From positions 12,090,001 through 12,154,000 of the forward strand of contig OX597836.1 of the NCBI GenBank assembly GCA_951406725.2: a DNA stretch of 64,000 nt, in the 5' to 3' direction. This stretch comes from Octopus vulgaris (lineage: Eukaryota). The position numbers and the translations under genes were made by a program. This document shows, piece by piece, positions 26,502-40,697 of the stretch. How positions within the stretch are numbered: position 1 is the stretch's first letter; each line of letters opens with the position of its first letter. The notes beneath the pieces are model-generated. The model saw nothing but the letters and a program-made list of their open reading frames with translations, had not been told where the DNA came from and made no database searches.

Positions 26502-28178
26502 AATATGTCTGTGTTCATGAATGTGATATACATGCGCACACGTGTGTGTATACATGCATATATTCACACATGTGTGTACATATGTATGTGTATATATATG
26601 TACATAAAGTGTATCATCAGTCCTCCGAAACCTGTTGGCACAGGTTTTGGGGTCTGATAATAAGCTGTAAAGCCAAGCGCTTTATGGACATGTAACCCAG
26701 TGTTATCCCTTAGACTGGCCTTATCTATCTTTATACTAAATGCACGACTGATTCAAATCAATTGGAATAAATAAGCTTTACATTTGACACAGTAACCTGA
26801 ATGCTAAATAGTTAAATTTATTTGTGCGTTCATATTACACACTCTTTGCATCTAACCGGATATTTTTCATGGAAAGTGCTCCATAACAAATGAAAGCAAA
26901 AATGGAGAAAAATTAATTAGAACTATCACTACAATATCTATGGCAATAAACATATATATATATAAGAACCTGTAAGAATCTTGAATGTATCATACAAGGT
27001 TGATATGTATGTATTTCTTTTAATCCGGGATGTAATGCTGTTTCACTGTATTTGTACACATGATTTTTCAAACAGGCATCAATTTTTCATTGAAATTTAG
27101 TGGTATAATTATGCTTGTGTTTGTTGTCCCTTCAAGTCCCGATGGAATTGTAGGGGATGAGGGTGGGAAGGGCCATCATGACGTGCAACATGTCTCAAGA
27201 CATTTGAAATCTGGCAGATTATAACTGAATTCTTCTTCTGTTCTTTTTGTTCTTCTTGTATTCTTCTTCTTTTCTTGTATTTCTCTTGTGTTTTTCTTCT
27301 TGTATTCTTCTTCTTCAATCCTTCTTCTTCTCTTGTATTCTTCTATTCTTCTTCTTTGAAAGAGAGAGAGAGTGGAAGGGAGAAGAAGAAGAAATGACCC
27401 TCCCTGTTACTTTATTGACCCCCAACCCCCACCCTACAATAAGGGCAAATGGCAATCCTTGCTTTAGCAGGATTTGAACACAAGTGTTGCAGGTAACCAG
27501 AATAAACACTGCCAGACTCCAGTCTTACTGCAGACGCCAATCTTGAGTGACACAACCTTATGAACAGCGGCTTTGTTTACTACCTGTATACAAATGTCAA
27601 AACAAGGGGAGAAGACACACACACATTCCTACATACATACACAGGTACTTACATACACACACACCTACATATACATATGTCTGTATGCAGTGATCTTCTT
27701 ACAGTTTCCAGCTACAAAATTTACCCATAAGGGTAAAATTAGTTGACCTGAGACTGGAGCTAAAGATGTATGCCCCATATATGCATAAACACACACACAT
27801 ATATCCATGCATTACACACACACACACACACACACATCCATTATTATACACATGCACACATACATATTTGTGTGGATGTATACATACATTTATGCATACA
27901 AATGTTATGAGTCTATGTGTATATATGTATGTATGTGTGTGGACACAACACACATACACTTGCATGTGTGTATATGTAATTCTCTGTTTACAGTGTTTTT
28001 GTATGTCCACACAATTCTTCCTTCCTTCCTTCCTTATTTCTTTCTTCCTTCCCTTTTTCTTTCTTTCTTCCTTCCTTCCTTTCTTTTTTTCTTTCTTTCA
28101 TAGATTATATTACATTTCTGTATGTTTTGTTTAAACATGAAATCTCATGACACATAAAGAAGCCATTCATAGAGAGAG

Positions 28179-28179
<1 letters not shown>

Positions 28180-28232
<53 letters not shown>

Positions 28233-28550
28233 GCGAGAGAGAGAGAGACAGACAGACAGACAGAGTGAAAGATACACTGAGAGAAAGATTGATAGACTGA
28301 TCAGAGACAGACAGATAGAAAGATGTATAGACAGAGAGAGAGATAGATTGAGAAATAGTTATAGATAGATAGGCAGATAGAGATAAATAGATGGGCATAT
28401 AGATTAGATATAGAGATAAAGGGAAATAGATAGGCAGATAGATAAAGGCTGAAAGACAAGATATAGGACAGAGAGACAGATATAAAGAGATAGATAGCGA
28501 TAGATAGATTGATTGATAGATAGGTAGATAGATGGATGGAGGAGAGATTG
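28180..28550. repeat. (GATA)n and derivatives
   Basis: Direct reading. Confidence 0.9.
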
Positions 28551-28967
28551 AGTGAAATCTACTATTGTTCTTTGTCTGTTCACCCTAGTGAATGAATAAC
28601 TTACATAATATTACTCATACCGTTATGTACTCTTCATACGACCACCACCATCACAACAGCTTCTCTGTCCATCCACTCTCTCTCTCTCTCTCTGCCATGT
28701 ACTTAACCCAGTGTGAGCCAACAGGGAGATGACATTCTTTGTGGTCATTTGACCAGCTAGAAATAGCAGCCAAATTTTTACATGAAATTGCTTTCCACTC
28801 ACTTAAAAATAAAGAAAAGGCAGTACACGCATATTACATAAGGCAATCCTAACCCCCCCCCCCATGACCACTACTACATCAACAAAGGAAAGCAGAGATT
28901 GTGAAGGTTGGAATATCCTCTTGCTGGGATGATCAGCATTCACCTAGAATTAAACAACAACAATAAT

Positions 28968-30210
28968 AATCCTTTCTACTATAGCCACACAGCCTGGATT
29001 TTGTGGGGAAGGGGGACAGTCGAGCACATCGACCCCAAATACTCAACTGGTCCTTCATTTATCAACCCCCGAAAGGATGAAAGGCAAAGTTGACCTCAGC
29101 AGAATTTGAACTCAGAATGTAGTGACGGGCGAAATACTGCTAAGCATTTCACCCACCGTGCTAATGATTCTGCCAGCTCACAACCTTAACAACAACAACA
29201 ATAATAATAATAATTCTTTGTACAAGGTTTGAGATTCCAGTGTATGACTGGTATTTTATTTTATTGACCTCGAAAGGATAAAAGACAAAGTAGTCTTTGG
29301 CAATATTTGAACTCAGAACGCTTTGTCCATTACACTAAAAATTCTATCAGCTCACTGCCTTAAACAATACCAGCCATAATCTTATTGGCACAAGGCCAGA
29401 AATATTAAAGAAGGAAGCTAATCAATTGCAGGCCGTTGTCGATTTAAGACCACAATTGGTTCTGACTGATGAGTCATTAGTCGATTTGGTCATAAGTCGG
29501 CTTATAGGCCTACATAGCTTTGTTTTATATTTTGACATTCTTAAGGTACATTCTCAGGTAAAAGTCACACACAGCATTCTGTATTATGCTTTTATACTGG
29601 CATTAGTAAAAAATTCCAGAGTCTCAAGCAATCGTCTTATAAACAAATACAAGGTTGGCTCAGTGTCTCTGTGACAGGATAGTCATCCCACACAGTGGCA
29701 ATCAATAACCAAACCTAGGGGAAGCATTTGTTAGCTGACATCATCCTTAGATGGGTTAATTTCTAAGAAATAAAACCTATTAGATTTCAACTGGACTATT
29801 TAGTATTGCTGCCGGTTCAAATTCCGCCGAGGTCAACATTCTGAGTTCAAATTCCGCCGACGTCGACTTTGCCTTTCATCCTTTCGGGGTCGATAAATTA
29901 AGTACCAGTTACGCACTGGGGTCGATGTAATCAACTTAATCCGTTTTTGTCTGTCCTTATTTGTCCCCTCTGTGTTTAGCCCCTTGTGGGTAATAAAGAA
30001 ATAGGTCATAAGTCGGATAGGTCGTAAGTCGACAAGGACCTGTACTTCTTCAACACCAGTGATCAACTGGAACATAATTCATTGGCCTTGAGAGCATGAA
30101 AGACAAAGTGGTCCTCAGCTGTACTTGAACCCAGAATGTGAAGAACTGGAAGCATTGCTGCTCAGCATTTTGTCCATCACACTAGAGATTCTGCCAGCTC
30201 ACTACTTCAA
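28968..30210. mobile_element. Cluster of Nin-like SINE (family B) copies in both orientations
   Basis: Minus copies at ~28968-29188, ~29220-29365, ~30080-30210; plus copy at ~29810-30005. Confidence 0.65.
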
Positions 30211-30398
30211 ACAGCAGCAACAATAAGGGACAATAGCTGGGAGCTTACCTACCTCTCTGCCTACCCCACTGACCTCCTCTATTCACACTGTATGGCTCAT
30301 TTGTTCTTGACCTCTGACCTCAGTTGATGTTAGCTGCTGTGACCTTTTCTGTTTCTTAACATCTTAGCTGAAGCCACTGAACTCTCTCCTCCCACCAC

Positions 30399-30431
<33 letters not shown>

Positions 30432-30853
30432 TCTGTTTTCTCCCTCTCACACCCCCTTTAAGGCATAGCCTTTGATATGATATGGGTCAACCTTTGATCT
30501 TGTCTCTTCAAAGGAGCCTTATCTCAGCTGTTGCATCCATAGTGGTCTATTTTATAATTGTAGTAGTAGTAGTAGTAATAATAATAATAATAATTATAAT
30601 AATAATAATAGCAACAACAATAACAATTTCTTTTAGTAGCTACACAAGGGCCATAGGTGAGGATGACATCACAAGTACAGACAAGAATTTGTGTGGGGAA
30701 TGACATAAAAGATGGGGTCAAGGAAAGGAAAAAAGACATTGAAATGCAATAAAAGTGTACATAGACACAGGCGTGGGCTGTGTGGTAAGAAGCTTGCTTC
30801 CCAACCAGATGGTTCCGGGTTCAGTCCCACTGCATGGCACCTTTGACAAGTGT

Positions 30854-31064
30854 CTATATATATATTTCTTTACTGCCCACAAGGGGCTAAACACAGAGGG
30901 GACAAACAAGGACAGACAAACGAATTAAGTCGATTATATCGACCCCAGTGTGTAACTGGTACTTATACACTGGGGTCAATATAATCGACTTAATCCGTTT
31001 GTCTGTCCTTGTTTGTCCCCTCTGTGTTTAGCCCCTTGTGGGCAGTAAAGAAATATATATATAG
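30854..31064. repeat. Foldback of a family B SINE tail inserted in a family A SINE
   Basis: ctatatatatatttctttactgcccacaagggg...ccccagtgt pairs with acactgggg...ccccttgtgggcagtaaagaaatatatatatag. Confidence 0.9.
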
Positions 31065-32756
31065 TGTCTATAAGTGTCTATATATATGTATCTGTGTGTG
31101 TCTTTGTATCTGTATTTGTCCCCTATCACTACATAACTTAGCAGTTCGGCAAAAGAGACCGATGGAATAAATACTAGGCTTAAAAATAAAAATTTAATGG
31201 TAGGCACAGGAGTAGCTCTGTGGTAAGTAGCTTGCTTACCAACCACATGGTCCTGGGTTCAGTCCTACTGTGTGGCACCATGGGCAAGTGTCTTCTACTC
31301 GATCACATCGAGCTCACCCAGTGTTTCACTGGTACTTTATTTTTATCGGCCCCAAAAGGATGAAAGGCAAAGTTGGCCTCAATGCAATTTGAACTCAAGA
31401 ACGTCTACCAAATCCACTCACAAGGCTTTGGTCGGCCCGAGGCTATAGTAGAAGACACTTGCCCAAGGTGCCACGCAGTGGGATTGAACCCGGAACCATG
31501 TGGTTGGTAAGCAAGCTACTTACCACACAGCCACTCCTGTGCCTATTATGAGAAAATTCTTTAAAACAAAAGCTGTGGAATATGAGAAACTCAAAGAGCC
31601 TTACTTTAAGGTCATCTATCTTCCTTTGTCCTTTTTATTGTTTGTTTTTTGCACTATTTGGTTTGTAATCTTTAGGGTTTTTGTAGTTTCTTCGTGTTTA
31701 TAGAATATCAACTTGGTAGAATCCATGTAAACTTAGAATTCTTTAATCTGTTTGCTTCTGATGACGGGCCTCTGCACCTGGTACATGTAAAGGTTACATA
31801 ACTTTCCTCTTTCACATTGTAAGACGTTCTCCATCTACATCATTTGTTTTTACTTGTATGTGTGTATATGTGTGTGTGTGTGTATTTATATATATGTATG
31901 TGTGTGTGTGTGTGTGTGCATGCATGTATTTATGTATAGAGATATGTGGATATATGCACGTATTTATATTTATAGATGTGTGTGTATATGTGTATATTTG
32001 TATGTATGTGTATATATATATATATATATATATAAATATATAAATACGTGTATATATGTGTATATTTATATGTATATAAATATATCTGTGTATATATGTG
32101 TATTTATATATAAAATATGTGTATATTTGTATGTGTGTGTGTATATTTATATATAAAATATATGTGTATATTTGTGTGTATGTATATGTGTGTGTATATA
32201 TGTATGCATGCATGTGTATGTGTGTGTGTGTAATTATGTGTATGTATGTAGAATTCGTTGCTCTTTGCAAACATCTGGATGTCTTGAGACAACCAAACGT
32301 CAACACTCCCCCCTACCCCCAGGTCTTGTGGCCATCTGCTTTATAAGGAAATCCTCCTGTCACTCACCATCGTATATACAACTGTCTGCCTGTGCTGAGG
32401 GCATGAGCTTTTACATGGGCCTCTTGACATGCTAGAAACAGTAGTCACGTTATCCCTCAAATCATTCCTTACTGTCTTAACTTATAGAAAAGAGACATTA
32501 AGTAATGTAATCTTGGATGCTCTTTTTATTTTGTTTTGTTTTGTTTTATTTGGCTGGATTAAATGCTAAACAGTTACTATTTGCTAAAAGAACTTACAAG
32601 ACTTGAATGTTAAACCGAAAAGCAGTAAGACTAACCATTACAGATTGAAATAATTTTAGTCTCTCCATTAATGGTAAGACAGAACTTTAGCCGCAATCTA
32701 AAAGAACCTCTCGTGACAAACCAATGAGGTTCGAAAGAATTGATTAAAAAGATGAT

Positions 32757-32920
32757 AGGCGCAGGAGTGGCTGTGTGGTAAGTAACTTGCTAACCAACCA
32801 CATGGTTACGGGTTCAGTCCCACTGCGTGGCATCTTGGGCAAGTGTCTTCTGCTATAGCCCCGGGCCGACCAATGCCTTGTGAGTGGATTTGGTAGACGG
32901 AAACTGAAAGAAGCCTGTCG

Positions 32921-32963
<43 letters not shown>

Positions 32964-33187
32964 GTTTATGTGTCTGTGTTTGTCCCCCTAGCATTGCTTG
33001 ACAACTGATGCTGGTGTGTTTACATCCCCGTCACTTAGCAGTTCGGCAAAAGAGACCGATAGAATAAGTACTGGGCTTACAAAGAATAAGTCCCGGGGTC
33101 GATTTGCTCGACTAAAGGCGGTGCTCCAGCATGGCCGCAGTCAAATGACTGAAACAAGTAAAAGAGTAAAAAGAGAGTAAAGAGTAA
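32757..33187 (+). mobile_element. Full-length tRNA-derived SINE (family A)
   Basis: ggcgcaggagtggctgtgtggtaag head through gaaacaagtaaaagag tail. Confidence 0.85.
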
Positions 33188-33421
33188 ACCTGTTCATCAA
33201 CTTTTTATAGGCGCCAGCTTAGCTGTGTAGTAAGAAGCTTGCTTCCCAAACACATGGCTTTGGGTTTAGTCCCTCTGTGCAACACCTTGGGCAAGTGCCT
33301 TCTACTATAGCCTCAGGCTGATCAAAACCTTGTGAATGGATTTGAGAGATGGAAACTGAAAGAAGCCCGTCATGTGTATATCTAACTATTTATATATGCA
33401 CACACACACACATACTTACAT

Positions 33422-33459
<38 letters not shown>

Positions 33460-33790
33460 CATCATTGTCGTCGTTTAACGTCCGCTTTCCATGCTAGCAT
33501 GGTTTGGACGATTTGACTGAGGTCTGGCGAACCAGATGGCTGCACCAGGCTCCAGTCTTGATCTGACAGAGTTTCTACAGCTGGATGCCCTTCCTAACGC
33601 CAACCACTCCGAGAGTGTAGTGGGTGCTTTTACGTGCCACCAGCACAAAGGCCAGTCAGGCGTTACCGGCAATGGCCATGCTCAAATGGTGTTTTTTTTA
33701 TGTGCCACATGCACAGGAGCCACTCCAGTGGCACTGGCAACGACCTCGCTCAAATGTTTTCTCACTTGCCGCCGGCACAAGTGCCAGTAA
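33460..33790 (-). mobile_element. Family D (RTE-related) element
   Basis: tttaacgtccgctttccatgctagcatgg...ggatgcccttcctaacgccaaccactcc. Confidence 0.7.
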
Positions 33791-33803
33791 GGTGAAATAT
33801 ATG

Positions 33804-33853
<50 letters not shown>

Positions 33854-34099
33854 TGTGTGTGATGGGCTTCTTTAAGTTTCCATCTACCAAATCCATTGAC
33901 AGGGATTTGGTCAGCCCGGGGTTATAGTAGAAGGCACTTGCTCAAAGTGCCATGCAGTGGGACTGATCCTGGAACCATAAGGTTGGGAAGCAAGCTTCTT
34001 ACCACACAGCCACTCCTGTGTGGATGTTATCCACCCCTCTCATTCTTGCTTTGCCCTTAAGAACAGTTGTGGCTTCCATCCTGAATGCAACTCAGACGA

Positions 34100-34430
34100 T
34101 CACGTAGTTACTCAATGGTAGGTCTTCGACAAATCATGGGAATATTGCCAAGAGGTTTACGCGTGCTCTTGTGGCCTCAAAAAGGATTTAAGGCTTTGGA
34201 TGTCATCCAACCATCTTGTTTTTTCGATCTACCCCTTGCTGAAGAACAGTGTGGTTCCCATCCCAGATGCAACACAACCGACAAGGTATTCCCTCTAAGA
34301 CAGGTATTCAAGAAATCCTTGGGGTGTTGCCAAGACTTCTGCGCTTGCTTTGTTTGAGCTCAAAAAAAGGTTTGTGGCCACATGCTGTAGGACATGCTGC
34401 GCAGGGTTTCACAGAATTTTGAACGTAATG
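34100..34430 (+). pseudogene. Decayed non-LTR retrotransposon reverse transcriptase fragment (RTE-like)
   Basis: EEQCGSHPRCNTTDKVFPLRQVFKKSLGCCQDFCACFV resembles the LINE RT segment [25 protein letters not shown]...ACFVDLEKAYD; followed by a stop/frameshift. Confidence 0.75.
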
Positions 34431-35353
34431 GCAACTCATGGTTGCTGCGAAGACCCCATGTGAATGCCCAGACATTCATGTGGAAGACAATGAAAAAAAA
34501 AAACAAAAGAAAATAGTAAATAAAATTTTCCTTTTTTTTTTTGGGAATTTTATTTTTTTTGTTGATTTCTTTCTATATTGTTATGTGTACATTATGTATA
34601 TTCTCAATGGCATTGGATATCACCTATTTTTGTTTCTTTATTCTTCTACTGATTTTTGCTGTCTTCCACTTTCTTATCTTCTCACTAAGACGATGTCTTT
34701 CAACAAACCAAATCTATACAGATGTGTATATATGTACGTATATGTATGTGTGTGTGTGTATCCATCTATTATGTGAGATTTTTCTGTCTATGAATATACA
34801 TGTATATATTTGTATACATACATCTGTGTATGTAACTTTTATGTGCATGAATTATTTATTTTCCATATGTGTGTATGTATCTTTTATGTATATATGACTT
34901 ACACGAGTATTTCTTTCTTTCTCTGTACATATCTGTGTGTGTGAGAGAGATTTTTTAAATTACCTTTTTCTAAGCTCTCCAGAGACAAGCAGTGGAGAAT
35001 AGAATAGAATTTCTGACGTTATTCTCTATGTATTTATTTCTCTATGTGAGTTTGTATCAGTCACTATAAGATTATGCAACGTTCATTCTTCTTCTCTTGT
35101 GCCTCCACATAAGTGCACATATGCTAAGCACTTTCCTTGCAGTTGTCTATTCAGGAAGATGACACTGGTAGTATTTCTTCCTGGAACAAAGCCGAACTTT
35201 GCCGTATCTTGGCACCATAATCCTTTACCTGTCTAAAGTTTTTTGGGGACTTTTTGGATTTTTTTTTTTTGTATCTTCTTAAACATCCATGCTTGTTTTT
35301 CAGGCTTCTAGTCCGCCCTGGTTTTATGTTCTGATTAATATAAAGCTTTCCCA

Positions 35354-35750
35354 GGTGGAGAGCTGGCAGAAAGGTTAGCACGCTGGGCAAAATGTTTAGC
35401 GGTATTTCATCTGCGGTTACGTTCTGAGTTCAAATTCCGCCGAGGTCGACTTTGCCTTTCATCCTTTCGGGGTCAATAAATTAAGTACCAGTTACGCACT
35501 GGTGTCGATGTAATCGACTTAATCCGTTTGTCTGTCCTTGTTTGTCCCCTCTGTGTTTAGCCCCTTGTGGGTTGTAAAGAAATAGGTATTTCGTCTGCTG
35601 CTACATTCTGAGTTCAAATTTCGCCAAGGTCGACTTTGCCTTCCATCCTTTCAGGGTTAGTAAATTAAGTACCTGTTGCGTATTGGGGTCGATGTAATCT
35701 GGATCCCTGACCCAAAAATTTCACACCTTGGGCCTAGAGTAGAAAAGAAT
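35354..35750 (+). mobile_element. Nin-like SINE (family B) with two tandem body units
   Basis: Same unit structure as the 17.3-18.4 kb array (ggtatttc at 35401 and 35585). Confidence 0.8.
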
Positions 35751-36473
35751 ATATAGCTTTCTTTTCATATGACTCAAGTTACTCTGCTGATTCAGCATCA
35801 TCATCATCCTTTAGCATCTGCTTTCCATGCTGGCATGTGTTATACGGTCAGTCACCCATGCTACCAGCTTTCCCTCTTCATGCCACCAATGTTATCCAAG
35901 GGAAAGGCAAAAGCCGGCAGATAAAAGGGTAAAAAGACCCCCTTCTGCCATGAATGACCATGGGATTTCACCTAGAAAGTTACTTTTCAAGGCACAAGTC
36001 TCTTATGATAAAATTTTCCAATAATCCTTTCTACAGAAGGCAAAAATCCTGGAGTTTGGGACGAGGTGGGGACAGAGACTGGTTAATTACACTGACCCCT
36101 TCAAATTTTTCACTGGTACTTGTTTTATCGACCTCAAAAGGATTAAAAAGCCAAGTCGACCTCGGCGGAATTTGATCCCAGAACGTAGAGACGAACAGAA
36201 ATGCCATTGTGCATTTTGCTGAATACGCTTAACGCGTCTGCCAGCTCGTCATCGCCTAACGACATTGATAATGAACTTACTGATGATAATGAAATGCTGG
36301 TCGATGATGACTAAGTAACATTTTTAATTATTCCTGCAGGATACCCACCCACCTACTCACCATTACTACTACTACTGCAGGAGACAAAGCGAGACATGTT
36401 GCATTGCTCGCTTCATGTGCATGCACACACACACACGCTCTTTCATATGAAATAATTGGAGTGCAAAAACCTA

Positions 36474-36688
36474 CATGTGTGTGTATGTGTGTGTGTGTGT
36501 GTGTGTGTGCATGTGTGTGTGTATGTGTGTTCGTGTGTGTGTGTTCGTGTGTGTGTGCATGTGTGTGCATGTGTGTTCGTGTGTGTGTGTATGTGTGTGT
36601 TCGTGTGTGTGTGTGTATGTGTGTTCGTGTATGTGTGTGTATGTGTGTGTGTGTGTATGTGTGTGTTCGTGTGTGTATGTGTGTGTTC

Positions 36689-36723
<35 letters not shown>

Positions 36724-37179
36724 TTCGTGTGTGTGTGCATGTGTGTGTATGTGTGTTCGTGTGTGTGTGTGTGTGTGTGTGTTCGTGTGTGTGTATGTGT
36801 GTTGTATGTGTGTGTGCGTGTGTGTTCGTGTTCGTGTGTGTATGTGCGTGCATGTGTGTGTGTATGTGTGTGTTCGTGTGTGTGTGTGTGTATGTGTGTG
36901 TTCGTGTGTGTGTGTGTGTGTTCGTGTGTGTGTGTGTGCATGTGTGTGTATGTGTGTTCGTGTGTGTGTGCATGTGTGTGTATGTGTGTTCGTGTGTGTG
37001 TATGTGTGTTCGCGTGTGTGTGCATGTGTGTTCGTGTATGTGTGTATGTGCGTGCATGTGTGTGTGTATGTGTGTGTGTGTGTATGTGTGTGTTCGTGTG
37101 TGTGTGTGTATGTGTGTGTTCGTGTGTGTGTGTGTGTGCATGTGTGTGTATGTGTGTTCGTGTGTGTGTGCATGTGTGT

Positions 37180-37226
<47 letters not shown>

Positions 37227-37307
37227 TTCGCGTGTGTGTGCATGTGTGTTCGTGTATGTGTGTATGTGCGTGCATGTGTGCGTGCATGTGTGTGTGTGTG
37301 TGTGTGT
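36474..37307. repeat. (TG)n array punctuated by TTCG, GCAT and GTAT variants
   Basis: Direct reading; source of the His/Thr and Val/Cys ORFs. Confidence 0.95.
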
Positions 37308-37459
37308 AAAGTGTGTGTTTAAGCGTTAATATCCTATGCAAATCCTGCCAGATCTGGGTAGATAAGATACAAGTGAAATCAGGTGTAGATAATAAAACAG
37401 AAAAGTTCCGTTATTTATTTACGTAGTGCATGAAATTAAGATTGCTTTATCAATAATGT

Positions 37460-37845
37460 GTGTGTCTCTCTTCCTCTCTCTCTATCTCTCTCTCTCTCTC
37501 TCTCTGCCTACCTTCCGTCTCTCTCTTTCTCTCCCTCATATTCCCCACTCTCTCATATCTGCACCTTTAAATCTGTCTCCGGCTGACTGCTTTTCACAAC
37601 TCTTGTTGACTGTCTTGCTTTTTTCTCCTCTCAATTTTTCTCTCTATCTCTCACCATCACACACACACACACGCGCGCGCACACGCACTGTGCTCTCTTT
37701 CCCCACACACTATCTCTCTCTCTCTCTCTCTCCACTGTCTCTCTTTCAATTTCTCCCTCATAGGCACTCTGCTTACTTCCTTTCCTGTTTCCTCTTTCTC
37801 TCTCCCCCTCTCTCTCTCTCTGCTGCCTCTCTAGTCTACATACAG

Positions 37846-37886
<41 letters not shown>

Positions 37887-37957
37887 CTCTGCTCTTTTCC
37901 TTCCCCCTTCTCTCTCACTCTCAATCTCTCTGTCTATCTCTGCTCTTTTCCTGCCTT

Positions 37958-37992
<35 letters not shown>

Positions 37993-38608
37993 GTTTTCCT
38001 TCCTTTTGTTTCTATCTATCTATCTTTCTTTCTTTACTGCTTTCCTTCCTTACACCTCTCTCTTTCACACATTGTCTGTTCTCTTCCTTTCCCCCATCTC
38101 TCTCTCTCACTGGAACCTGCCTACCTTAACCTCCTCCCCTCTCTCTCTCTCACTCCCCCCTCTCTCCTACCTACACCTTGTTCTGCATCTATGGCTCACT
38201 GCATTTTCACATCTGTGTTGACTGTCATCTGTTATGCTTTTCTCCCCCCCCATTTCCAGCCCCACCTTCCTCTCTCTAAGCTCTTTCATGAATTACCATA
38301 CCTCCTACTCCCTTTCCCCATTCTCTTCTCTTTCCCCCCTCTTCTCTGTCTTTCTGTCTATTTCTCCCCCTTTCCCTCACATTTCCTGTCTCATCCTATC
38401 CCCTCACATTTTTTAGGTGTCATGTGTTTTCCTTCCTCTCTCTCTCTCTCTCTCTCCCTCTCTATCACTATGCTCTTCTCTTCCACAAATTTCCATACCT
38501 CCTCCCCTTTCGTCTTTACTTTCTCTCCTCTTTCCTCTCCTCACCCTATTTCTCATTCATCTGTGTATTTCTTTCTGTCTGTTTCTACCTCTTCTATCTA
38601 TCTATCTA

Positions 38609-38640
<32 letters not shown>
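37460..38640. repeat. Polypyrimidine (CT)n-rich low-complexity tract
   Basis: Direct reading; explains the 470-aa Ser/Leu ORF. Confidence 0.9.
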
Positions 38641-38646
<6 letters not shown>

Positions 38647-38771
38647 TATACATATATGTATGTTTGTATGCAAACACACACACACATGTGCGTGTGTGTA
38701 ACCACATGTGAATCATTGGCGATTTTTTTTCCCTCCGTCTTCCTTTTCCCTTGGACTTTCCTCCGCCTCCT

Positions 38772-38806
38772 GTTTCTGACGAAGAGCTTCACTCGAAACG
38801 TAAAAC
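38772..38806 (+). ncRNA. Minimal type I hammerhead ribozyme motif (core intact)
   Basis: GUUU-CUGACGA-A-GAG-cuuca-CUC-GAAA-CGU-A-AAAC. Confidence 0.7.
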
Positions 38807-39300
38807 TACCACTCTTTCTTTCCTCGAGCGTCTGCTAATACTTTACATGCACCACACAAAGACATATATATATATATATGCAACAATTTAGATTCAAATG
38901 AATATGGTACTTAATTTAGATGCACCAGAATTTTGTATGGTGTTATCCATAAGAATTTGCGGGGTGATTATAATCAAAAATAAGCAACAAGAATGACTCC
39001 GGTAATTTGGTACAATTGTTTCGCACTACAACATTTTATTAAAAGTTGTAATATATATATATATATGCATGTCTTTGTGTGTCTCTATACATATGTATGT
39101 CTCTGTATGTGTGTGTGTGTATATACATATATATGGGAGAGAAAGTATGAGAGGAATATGTCTTATCTGAGAAATAAACTCATTAGTTAATGATATATGT
39201 AGAGCAGTGTGTCTTATCTAAGAGTTCACTCATTAGTTAATACTGTTAGATATATAGAGTAGAGTGTCTTGTCTAAGATTTAACTCCTTAGCTAACAGTG

Positions 39301-39340
<40 letters not shown>

Positions 39341-39342
<2 letters not shown>

Positions 39343-39535
39343 TGTGTACCGTTGTCGATTTTTTTCCTCTGTCTTCCCTTCTCTGGATCTTTCCTTCTCC
39401 TATGTTTCCGATGAAGAGCTCCGCTCGAAACGTTAAACCCACCTTCTTCCCTTTCTTCCTGAGCGTTCAATAATACTATATTTGTTCCACGCCCTCGCAT
39501 TGTTGTGTTTTTTTGTGCTTTCTTGTTTGGATTAA

Positions 39536-39540
<5 letters not shown>
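39341..39540 (+). mobile_element. (TA)n-flanked Penelope-like remnant with hammerhead variant
   Basis: 39404-39438 GUUU-CCGAUGA-A-GAGC-ucc-GCUC-GAAA-CGU-U-AAAC; near-identical element at 48875-49078. Confidence 0.7.
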
Positions 39541-39596
<56 letters not shown>

Positions 39597-40374
39597 TACA
39601 CCTTAGATAAGATACTCTACTATATATAAATATGTTTATGCATCAAACATTAATATCTAATGAGTGAAATCTTAAACATGTCACACCACTCTGCTTTACA
39701 TAAAAACATCACATCACATTTAACACCATTAGTAAAGGTGTTAAGCGTTAGACAAGATACACCACTCTACTTTATATAAGTATGTACATCAACACCTGTA
39801 ACACATTTACCAAGAAGTTGAATCTTAGACAAGACGCGCTTTCCTAATAGCTAAAGGGCTAGAAACCCACCTGGGCATCCAAATGAGGGCAGCAGCAGGC
39901 AGATGTGTTTTTACACCTTTTTTATCACAAGTGAGAATTTTTTTTGTCTACAGAGCAACTGCATTGAATTTGCCTTTAGAAGTTAAAATATTTTAACTAA
40001 AAGTTGACGTATACCTAAACACTGCTTGGCACTGATACTACTATAATGTATATATATATATATACATACATATATATGTGTGCAGGAATGTCTGTGGTAA
40101 GAAGCTTGCTTCCCAACCAATGCGTGACACCTTGTGCAAGTATCTTCTTCTAAAGCCTCTGGCTGACCAAAGCCTTTTGAGTTAATTTCGTAGATGGAAA
40201 CTGATAGAAGCCTGTCGTATATATATATATATATATAAATTAAATATAAATTATAAATTACAAAGTGGGACAAGAACGCAAAAACACACAAAGAGACGAC
40301 ACAAAAAAACAGATGGGTCACTCGAAGCCTCTAATCTTCAGTCAGGAACCAGATCATCTTAGCAATTTCGGCTG

Positions 40375-40410
<36 letters not shown>

Positions 40411-40697
40411 TTGTGTGTGTGTCGACCCACCATCACTTGACAGCCAATGTTGGTGTGTCTAAGTCCCTGTAACTTAGCGGTTCAGCAAAACAGACTGATA
40501 CCAGATACTCAACTTACAAAGATTAAGTCATGGGGTTGGTTTCTTTGACGGAAATATCCTTCAAGGCAGTGCTCTAGCATGGCTGCAGCCAAATGACTGA
40601 AACAAGTAAGAGAATAAAGGGAGATGTATATACATCTATCTATCTACCTGTCTATATATATATATGTAAGTTGAGTATCTAGTATCAGTCTTACTTG

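Noticed and set aside
37426-38838. 470-aa ORF, the longest in the window
   Set aside because: Stop-poor only because the strand is CT-rich low complexity; GTG start and no domain.
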